A DNA stretch of 32,000 nt, taken from the NCBI GenBank assembly GCA_942493095.1, contig OW818675.1, positions 523,406-555,405 on the forward strand, read 5' to 3'. Below, one piece after another: positions 8,538 through 14,071 of the stretch. The translations under genes and the position numbers were made by a program. The notes beneath the pieces are model-generated. The model saw only the letters and a list, made by a program, of their open reading frames with translations, was not told the origin of the DNA and searched no databases. This DNA comes from Candidatus Electronema halotolerans (GTDB lineage: Bacteria > Desulfobacterota > Desulfobulbia > Desulfobulbales > Desulfobulbaceae). Numbering within the stretch: the stretch's first letter is position 1; each line of letters begins with the position of its first letter.

Positions 8538-8965
8538 AGATTCAGCCTTTGCAGAGCTTGCAGCCAATCAGTGGCTGGGAGGATTTTTTCCGGCACGGCC
8601 AGGGCTATCTGAACGCCGCTGTCGGAGCGCACCGCAAGCAGGTGCAGGCCTTCACACCGGAGATTCTCTATAACTTGGCGGCAATGGCGATTGAGAAATT
8701 TGTCATGGCCGCCCTGATGCGGCACGGGGCCATGCCCTACAACCATACTATGGTGGATTTGGTTGAAGCGATGGAGAAAACCTTTCCGGGCAGACTGGGG
8801 CAAATTCAAGACGACCTGCTCCGTTTAGATAAATACCAGGAAATCTGCGATCTGGACGGCTTCAAGATCAGTCCGCCAAAGCCGGAGGAAATCCCGGCCA
8901 TGCTGGAAGTGGCAGAGAAGCTGCGGGAGCTGGTTCTTGGAGAGCTGCTTGCCTGCAACGTATAA
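8534..8965 (+). CDS. HEPN-domain-like protein.
   Basis: 143 aa. The helix pair YNLAAMAIEKFVMAALMRHGAMPYNHTMVDLVEAM follows the classic HEPN pattern (A.EK..KA.L...G..P...H.LV.L). The start overlaps the GNAT stop (ATGA). There is no clean Rx4-6H RNase motif. Confidence 0.55.
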   Translation: MKIQPLQSLQPISGWEDFFRHGQGYLNAAVGAHRKQVQAFTPEILYNLAAMAIEKFVMAALMRHGAMPYNHTMVDLVEAMEKTFPGRLGQIQDDLLRLDKYQEICDLDGFKISPPKPEEIPAMLEVAEKLRELVLGELLACNV

Positions 8966-8994
8966 AAAACAAACAGATAAATCTGGTTGCGCAG

Positions 8995-9294
8995 ATGACA
9001 GAACGAAAGCTCGGTGTGGTCAAAGAAATCGTCGAAGAGGTGGGCATGGGCATTTCCCATGTCTATGAAGATTTGGTCTTTCTCGACCATAACGCCATCT
9101 TGCTCCAGTTCACCGATGACAGCAGCAAACTCCTGCTGCGCATCAACCGCGAGGCGGATCAAGAGACGGCTGCCAGTGGTGCGGCTCTGCTCAAGCAGGC
9201 GGGGTTGGCGCGGGAAATGCAGTTTGTGGAAAGCGGCAGCTATGCGCTGGCCCAGGACGGGCCGGAACAGGTGCGGATTGAGTTTTTCTCCTGA
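8995..9294 (+). CDS. Hypothetical protein.
   Basis: A 99-aa ORF with protein-like composition, in operon orientation. The alternative frame (9014..9304) is Arg/Ser/Cys-rich junk. No family recognised and the RBS is weak. Confidence 0.45.
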   Translation: MTERKLGVVKEIVEEVGMGISHVYEDLVFLDHNAILLQFTDDSSKLLLRINREADQETAASGAALLKQAGLAREMQFVESGSYALAQDGPEQVRIEFFS

Positions 9295-9334
9295 GTTGTT
9301 TTAACGAAAATAATGCCTGAACGGAGGTCGGATC

Positions 9335-9556
9335 ATGGCAAAAGCAGATGTGGAAAAATTGCTGGAAGCAGGCGGCAAGGATAAGAAGATCAAGGCAAAA
9401 TATGATGTTCCGGCCACCAAGGAAGAGTTTGTCGCCTTGGCAGCGCAGGACGGCTACAACTTCACCGTGGAGGAGCTGGAAGCTGTGCTCAAAGAATCCG
9501 GCGATGTCTTTGAAAAATACGGCAATCCGCCTAAACGGTCAATTTGGTGGACATAG
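9335..9556 (+). CDS. Nif11-domain small protein.
   Basis: 73 aa. MAKADVEKLLEAGGKDKKIKAKYDVPATKEEFVALAAQDGYNFTVEEL fits the Nif11 N-terminal domain pattern. The GGAGG RBS is 7 nt upstream. A strong terminator follows. Confidence 0.75.
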   Translation: MAKADVEKLLEAGGKDKKIKAKYDVPATKEEFVALAAQDGYNFTVEELEAVLKESGDVFEKYGNPPKRSIWWT

Positions 9557-9562
9557 AAAGAC

Positions 9563-9600
9563 AAAAGAAGGATGCAAGTAATGCATCCTTCTTTTTGTTT
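9563..9600. terminator. Bidirectional rho-independent terminator.
   Basis: Perfect 12-bp stem AAGAAGGATGCA (9565-9576) / TGCATCCTTCTT (9582-9593) with a 5-nt loop. A-rich 5' flank and TTTGTTT 3' flank. It sits between the convergent genes ending at 9556 (+) and 9652 (-). Confidence 0.8.
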
Positions 9601-9651
9601 GACAGGATAGGCAATCTAAATCATTAGATTGATTTTAGCTGATTGCCTTTT

Positions 9652-10209
9652 TTACATTGGAATGCAGAACAACCTCTGGTCGAACGATTCCTTGCCGAAT
9701 ATGTACCAAACACTTCCTGCTGCACTCAAGCAGATTTTATGCACATCGAATGACAATGTCAAAGAAAGATCAGCACCCGCCAATCCTACATTTGGGTGAA
9801 AACCAACAGTTACGTTATGACTGTCAAAATTGTATGATGTGCACCATACTTTGGCACCTGCAACAATAAGACACACTTTAAGCTCTGCTTGCCAGTCTGA
9901 TGGCGTTCCGCATACCTTTAATTCTCCCCCTATTCCTACGATTTTATACAGAGAAACTTCAAATGGTTGGGTTTTGCAGTTGTCAACAGTTTTCAGTGCG
10001 CCAAGAACAGGCATACGAGCTGCTGCTGCACGAACCATAGGAGCTGCTGTGGCAGGCTCTGCCGCATCTCTGCTAATAGCAGAGAGAATCTGCTCTTTAA
10101 GCTTGTCAACTGGCATGTCAGCATGCGCTGCCATCATCTGCCAATCTTTCTCGCTAACATGAGAAGATACAGCTTGTAATGTATCCTTTTCCATTTTTAC
10201 ATCCTCCAT
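9652..10209 (-). CDS. Orphan hypothetical protein encoded in AT-rich island A.
   Basis: A 185-aa ORF that is visibly lower in GC than its neighbours. The second ATG (10194) has a GGAGGA RBS and may be the true start. The acidic/helical N-terminus is followed by a beta-rich, Cys-containing C-terminal half. No family recognised. Confidence 0.6.
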   Translation of the reverse strand: MEDVKMEKDTLQAVSSHVSEKDWQMMAAHADMPVDKLKEQILSAISRDAAEPATAAPMVRAAAARMPVLGALKTVDNCKTQPFEVSLYKIVGIGGELKVCGTPSDWQAELKVCLIVAGAKVWCTSYNFDSHNVTVGFHPNVGLAGADLSLTLSFDVHKICLSAAGSVWYIFGKESFDQRLFCIPM

Positions 10210-10330
10210 GTAATTTGTTAACTTCCATCCAAGATAGATGGAATAATTTTGTCCATTATAATTTGGCTAAAAAAAAATCAATAAAAAAGTATTGTTAGGA
10301 ATAATTATTATTCTTGAAAGTAGGCAAAAA

Positions 10331-10447
10331 TATAGTGTTGCAGGTTTCCGAAGCAGAGTGTTTTAAGGAGTGGTTCGCATTCAATTTGCTAATTTTACTT
10401 GCTTAATATTGGCACAGGCTAACGTAACAGAAAGTTGCAACACTATA
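10331..10447. repeat. Perfect 12-bp inverted repeat enclosing a 93-nt AT-rich segment.
   Basis: TATAGTGTTGCA (10331-10342) and TGCAACACTATA (10436-10447). The pairing extends by TTTC/GAAA after a 2-nt mismatch. It lies at the right edge of island A. Confidence 0.7.
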
Positions 10448-10485
10448 GGTTCAGTTTATTAAAAAAAATGAAGAATGGAATAGGC

Positions 10486-10592
10486 ACGGCTACAACTTCA
10501 CCGTAGAGGAGCTGGAAGCGGTGCTCAAAGAATCCGGCGATGTCTTTGAAAAATACGGCAATCCGCCCAAGCGTTCCATCTGGTGGACCTGA
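10486..10592 (+). pseudogene. Start-less duplicate of the last 35 codons of the Nif11-like gene.
   Basis: Encodes (H)GYNFTVEELEAVLKESGDVFEKYGNPPKRSIWWT*, identical to the C-terminus of the 9335..9556 product. There is an in-frame TAG at 10447-10449 and no ATG/GTG/TTG between it and the repeat. Confidence 0.7.
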
Positions 10593-10621
10593 GCGGAACC
10601 AGAGGCAGCAGGGCGGCTCAA

Positions 10622-11728
10622 TCATCTTGCCGGGATGCTCCGGGATGCCTTGACCGCCGCTGCTGCCGCATCATGAAACCAAGGCCGGAACTGGCGGATT
10701 CTGCTGTTCTCCCGGCTCGGATGAACCCGGTTGCTGAGGAGAATGACAATCAGCTCCTGCTCCGGGTCGATCCAGAATGAAGTGCCGGTGAAGCCCAGAT
10801 GACCGACACTTTGGGCGGAGAAATGCCTGCCGCTGCTGGATGAGCCGGGCGTGGGTCTGTCAAAGCCGAGACACCAGGTCTGGCCGGAGAGCTGCGGCTG
10901 CAAGCCTTGGGACAGAAAAGCCGCCCAAGAGCTGGCCACGGCTTCCCCTCTCTCACCCTGCCAATTATCCAAAATCACCCCGCAGAGCTGCAACACCCCG
11001 CTGACTGTGCCGAACAATCCCGCATGACCGGCAAGGCCGTTTACGAGCCAGCAATGCTCATCATGCACCTCACCCCGCATCATCCTGCCCCGCCATGAGC
11101 ACTGCTCTGTGGCGGCGCAGTTCTGCCTCTGCTCCACGCTGACCTGACAGAGCAGCTCTTTTCCCAGCCCCAGCGGCCCCGCAATCCGCTCCTGAAAATT
11201 GGCGGCCAAATCCTTGTCAGTCAACTCCTCCGCTATCCACCCCAGCAGAATGAAGCCAAGATCGCTGTACAAACAGCGGCTCTCCGGCGCATAGGCCATT
11301 GGCTCGTTGAGAATGAGACGAAGCAACCGCGCCTTGTGGTCCGTTTTTTGCACCGGCGCAAAGGTCTTGAACCACGGCTGATAAGCGGCCAGCCCGGATG
11401 AATGCGAGAGCAGCCTGCGCAGCGTGATCTGCTGTTTGTCCGGCGGCACATCAGGCAGCAGATCAGCCAGCCTGTCTTCCAGCCGGAGCCGCCCTTCCGC
11501 AAAAAAATCGTAGAAAAGCAAGGTGGTCGAAAGGGCCTTGCTCAACGAGGCCAGATCAAACAGGGTGGCCGCCGTCACCAGGGACTGGTCGCGGCTGTCC
11601 ATGACTCCGGCCCACGCTGTCCACGTCTGCCGGGCCGGGCCAGTGCCGCAGGCGACTGCCGCTGCCGCGCCGGGAAAAACCTGTTCGGCAAGCCCCTGCC
11701 GCAGGAGCCGCTGTAGTGTCTGGATCAT
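10622..11728 (-). CDS. Serine hydrolase of the beta-lactamase / penicillin-binding-protein (class C-like) family.
   Basis: 368 aa with SxxK motif FDLASLSKAL, a YSDLGFILLG (YxN-like) motif and a late HLGFTGTSFWIDP (K/HTG-like) motif. Confidence 0.85.
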   Translation of the reverse strand: MIQTLQRLLRQGLAEQVFPGAAAAVACGTGPARQTWTAWAGVMDSRDQSLVTAATLFDLASLSKALSTTLLFYDFFAEGRLRLEDRLADLLPDVPPDKQQITLRRLLSHSSGLAAYQPWFKTFAPVQKTDHKARLLRLILNEPMAYAPESRCLYSDLGFILLGWIAEELTDKDLAANFQERIAGPLGLGKELLCQVSVEQRQNCAATEQCSWRGRMMRGEVHDEHCWLVNGLAGHAGLFGTVSGVLQLCGVILDNWQGERGEAVASSWAAFLSQGLQPQLSGQTWCLGFDRPTPGSSSSGRHFSAQSVGHLGFTGTSFWIDPEQELIVILLSNRVHPSRENSRIRQFRPWFHDAAAAAVKASRSIPAR

Positions 11729-11749
11729 GTTTGAGGGTCATATTTGGGT

Positions 11750-11894
11750 GTTGAAAACTTGTTGAAAACCTGTTGATAACTTGTTGATAACTTCCTGCCG
11801 CCGCTGCCGCCCGCCGAGTTATCAACAAGTTATTAACAAAGTTATCAACACCTCTTTTACTGAAAAACAAGCAGGTTGCGTTAGTTTTCAACAG
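11750..11894. repeat. Phased array of 11-bp repeats forming a long imperfect palindrome. The 9-mer cores resemble DnaA boxes.
   Basis: Four tandem units: GTTGAAAACTT, GTTGAAAACCT, GTTGATAACTT, GTTGATAACTT (11750-11793). A 24-nt GC-only spacer follows. Then come inverted units GTTATCAACAA, GTTATTAACAA, GTTATCAACAC (11818-11851) and a distal GTTTTCAACAG (11884-11894). TTATCAACA matches 8 of 9 positions of the TTATCCACA box. A nearly pure A/T tract follows at 11921-11946. Confidence 0.8.
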
Positions 11895-11958
11895 GTGCGG
11901 CCCGTCCCAACAACAATAGGTTATATATATACAATATATTTATTAAGGCCGCTCCGAC

Positions 11959-12048
11959 CTGTGGAAAACTGCGTCATAAAAAAAGCCCGTGACCAAAAAG
12001 ATCACGGGCTGCGAACATCTTTGAACGAAAAACGGTCAGCGGCTCACC
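11959..12048. repeat. Direct repeat copy 1 (DR1), a terminator-containing ~90-nt segment.
   Basis: Aligns by eye with 13053-13144, roughly 85-90% identical with a few 1-2-nt indels. A further partial copy of its first ~10-20 nt (GGAAAACTG/GAAACTGCGT) lies at 12068-12086. Confidence 0.75.
11978..12010 (-). terminator. Rho-independent terminator downstream of the DUF559-fusion gene.
   Basis: Minus strand: AGCCCGTGA-loop-TCACGGGCT (9-bp stem) followed by a U-run (the A-run 11978-11984 on the plus strand). Confidence 0.7.
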
Positions 12049-13052
12049 GTAGCTGAAAAAAAGAGGCGGAAAACTGGAAACTGCGTTGGAGATTCAAATT
12101 ATCGTTATATATCAAACAGATTCAGTTGAACAAAACCGGGTTCTTTCAAATTGATTTTTTGCTGGGCAGACTCACCTTCTTTCAAACCGCCTAATCTGTT
12201 GATATTTTTTACTATTGTCGGGACACAATATTCGGATGCGCTTTCTTTTACTTGGAGGGTATTAAAACGAAGCACTCTCCAGCCTTCTGTTTTCAAATTA
12301 TTGTCACGAACATTATCTTTTGCGGCTTGTTGACGATTTGCGTGCCAAAAGTCTCCGTCTGTTTCAACGTCAATCTTTCCTGATTGACAATATATTGCAA
12401 AATCCAAAGCATAGTGTCTGTTATTAACATTTACAAACTCCTGACGTTCCGCATTTATCTGCAACCGTTTAAATTCTGACCATAAACGGTCTTCAAGGGG
12501 ACTTGCATCGAAAAGATCATTTATTTCAACTGCTGTGACAAACTTTTCCCATGTTGTCGAAATGAACACTAATCGTCTGTAACGCCTGCTGAGAATAGGT
12601 TTTGGTAAACGTTTAAGGGGCGGATCGATAAAAATTTGGTAATACCTTTTCCTGCTTTTTACATTAGCAGGTTCATCAGGAAAAAGCTGCCATCTGTAAG
12701 CCTTTTTGATATCTAATATTTTCGCGTAATAGTTTATCGCATAAGCATCTTTGCCAAAGACTTTCGTCATGTAAAACGCTATAAAGCAAGGAGGCCAACG
12801 CTTTTTCAGCCATTTCTCAACGCTGCTGACAGGAATCCGATACCAATGCTTTTCATTCACAATGGAAAAATCATGCAAATTGTTAATTATTGCCACAAGC
12901 ACTTCGTTATGCAAATCGTTATCCATTACAACAGCTTCAAATGAAGGCCTTCAACAGCAGCCAAGTTAATCCGCGCATCTGCCCCCTCCACGCGAGAACT
13001 TCAGCACTTTCCGAAAAATCATCCAAGGCATGGAATTTCAGACAGTACCAAT
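12049..13052. mobile_element. AT-rich single-gene insert (island B), bracketed by ~90-nt direct repeats.
   Basis: Visibly low-GC DNA with one gene, lying between DR1 (11959-12048) and DR2 (13053-13144). No recombinase gene. Confidence 0.5.
12105..12926 (-). CDS. Two-domain protein: an uncharacterised N-terminal domain fused to a C-terminal DUF559 / Vsr-like (PD-(D/E)xK superfamily) endonuclease domain.
   Basis: 273 aa. The C-terminus HYALDFAIYCQSGKIDVETDGDFWHANRQQAAKDNVRDNNLKTEGWRVLRF is the DUF559/Vsr-type motif set. I do not recognise the N-terminal ~150 aa (HWYRIPVSS...PPCFIAFYMTKVFG...). Codon usage is strongly AT-biased relative to neighbours. Confidence 0.75.
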   Translation of the reverse strand: MDNDLHNEVLVAIINNLHDFSIVNEKHWYRIPVSSVEKWLKKRWPPCFIAFYMTKVFGKDAYAINYYAKILDIKKAYRWQLFPDEPANVKSRKRYYQIFIDPPLKRLPKPILSRRYRRLVFISTTWEKFVTAVEINDLFDASPLEDRLWSEFKRLQINAERQEFVNVNNRHYALDFAIYCQSGKIDVETDGDFWHANRQQAAKDNVRDNNLKTEGWRVLRFNTLQVKESASEYCVPTIVKNINRLGGLKEGESAQQKINLKEPGFVQLNLFDI

Positions 13053-13144
13053 CTGTGAAAAACTGCGCCATGAAAAAAGCCCGTGACCAGAAGATCACGG
13101 GCTGCGAAACATCTCTGAACGAAAAAGCTCGTCAGCGGCTCACC
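13053..13144. repeat. Direct repeat copy 2 (DR2), covering the stop codon, 3' UTR and terminator of the YTD-type operon.
   Basis: Aligns with 11959-12048. It overlaps the TGA (13140-13142) of the 57-aa ORF. Confidence 0.75.
13073..13103 (-). terminator. Rho-independent terminator of the tusA-dsrE-like operon.
   Basis: Minus strand: AGCCCGTGA-loop-TCACGGGCT followed by TTTTTT. It lies about 40 nt downstream of the stop at 13140. Confidence 0.75.
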
Positions 13145-13313
13145 ACCAGCAGACAGTCTTGTCAGCGGCGAAAATCTTGCTCACCAGCTCATCGTAGTTG
13201 GGATTTTCCTCATAGAGACGGAATTCATCCGCCTCCCGGTCACGGTTGAGAATCTCAACCAAGGTCGTGACCACCTCGTTCGGCTCGGAACGATACACTT
13301 GCAGCATTTTCAT
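13140..13313 (-). CDS. Small conserved-hypothetical-type ORF (57 aa), last gene of the tusA/dsrE-like operon.
   Basis: Below the ORF-track size cutoff. The ATG at 13313 is preceded by AGGAGGAGAA. My translation is MKMLQVYRSEPNEVVTTLVEILNRDREADEFRLYEENPNYDELVSKIFAADKTVCWW*. It starts 15 nt after the upstream gene's stop. Confidence 0.6.
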   Translation of the reverse strand: MKMLQVYRSEPNEVVTTLVEILNRDREADEFRLYEENPNYDELVSKIFAADKTVCWW

Positions 13314-13328
13314 GATGATCTTCTCCTC

Positions 13329-13676
13329 CTATTCCGCGCAGGCTGGCGGCGGCTCATTGGTCTGCTTGGACAGGCCGTAGGGAATGATGATATCAGCCTC
13401 GCGCATTCTCTCGCCCAGGGCCTGAAGATCGATTTCAGTCAGAGACACGTCCTCCGGCAGATCATCCGGCGCAGGCGCGCCGCAGGTGAAGACCTCGCCC
13501 TCCATGTCGGCAATCCAAGCGATGTTCTCAGCCATGTAGCTGGAGAACTTCGGAAATTCTCCGTTCAAGATCACCGGGTAGCCGTAGTGGTTCTCTACGG
13601 CCAGCCCCAGTGCCGAACGGATGCCGTCGTTGTACATCCGGTTGGCGATCAGCACATATACTTTCAGCGATTCCAT
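13329..13676 (-). CDS. DsrE/DsrF-like family protein.
   Basis: 115 aa. The opening MESLKVYVLIANRMYNDGIRSALGLAV resembles a DsrE/F-fold N-terminus. AGGAGG RBS. It sits in the tusA/dsrE context. Confidence 0.65.
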   Translation of the reverse strand: MESLKVYVLIANRMYNDGIRSALGLAVENHYGYPVILNGEFPKFSSYMAENIAWIADMEGEVFTCGAPAPDDLPEDVSLTEIDLQALGERMREADIIIPYGLSKQTNEPPPACAE

Positions 13677-13689
13677 AGCAGGGGCCTCC

Positions 13690-14022
13690 TTATAAGACGA
13701 TGTACTTGCCGCATTCGTCCAGCAGCGCGCCGTGGAATGCCTGAGTTCGCATCTGCTTGGCGGTCAGTCCGGCAGGAATGTCCTTAGCCGAGTCATAGCC
13801 CTCGCAGGTGTAGCTGTCCGCGCAGATGGCCAAGTTGTCCTCGCCGCACAGCTCGGCCAGCGGCTGAAAGCGGGGGTCCTTGGTCAGATGAACGGATTTG
13901 TAGGTAAAGAAAATCATCGGCTTTTTGCCAGCTCTTGCCGCAGCTTGGGCAATTCCCACCACATGCGTCATCTGCTGGGGCGAGGTGACAAAAATCGCCA
14001 GTTTGTCTGGATCAGCAGCCAT
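13690..14022 (-). CDS. DsrE-like sulfur-relay protein.
   Basis: 110 aa: KLAIFVTSPQQMTHVVGIAQAAARAGKKPMIFFTYKSV...AICADSYTCEG. AGGAGG RBS. Confidence 0.7.
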   Translation of the reverse strand: MAADPDKLAIFVTSPQQMTHVVGIAQAAARAGKKPMIFFTYKSVHLTKDPRFQPLAELCGEDNLAICADSYTCEGYDSAKDIPAGLTAKQMRTQAFHGALLDECGKYIVL

Positions 14023-14071
14023 TTGGCTTATCCTCCTTGGTTATGGCTTTGCAAAGCGGTTGCGGAAAGAA

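Larger units (their letters stand above)
9557..10485. mobile_element. AT-rich single-gene insert (island A), bracketed by a 107-nt direct duplication of the Nif11-like gene's 3' end.
   Basis: Base composition drops sharply relative to the flanks. 9450-9556 and 10486-10592 are direct repeats with a 1036-nt period. No integrase or transposase is present. Confidence 0.5.

Noticed and set aside
9335-9556. The Nif11-domain protein as a RiPP (Nif11-leader) precursor.
   Set aside because: There is no Gly-Gly-type leader cleavage motif before the C-terminal 20 aa. The window has no maturase, cyclase or peptidase-domain ABC exporter. In the duplicated copy it is the C-terminus, not the leader, that is strictly conserved, the opposite of the hypervariable-core pattern.
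11750-11851. The repeat array as a Fur-box cluster or as a CRISPR/IS terminal repeat.
   Set aside because: GATAAC hexamers are spaced 11 nt apart rather than the 6-nt Fur periodicity. The units are contiguous with no spacers, so it is not a CRISPR array. No transposase is adjacent.
13134-13151. An E. coli Chi octamer (GCTGGTGG, minus strand) exactly at the DR2/unique junction, and related T(C/T)TGGTGG at the ends of both Nif11 copies.
   Set aside because: Chi sequences are lineage-specific, and this host's Chi is unknown. The motif is simply the Trp-Trp (TGGTGG) codons at the ends of the two small ORFs. I treat it as a coincidence unless insertion junctions elsewhere share it.
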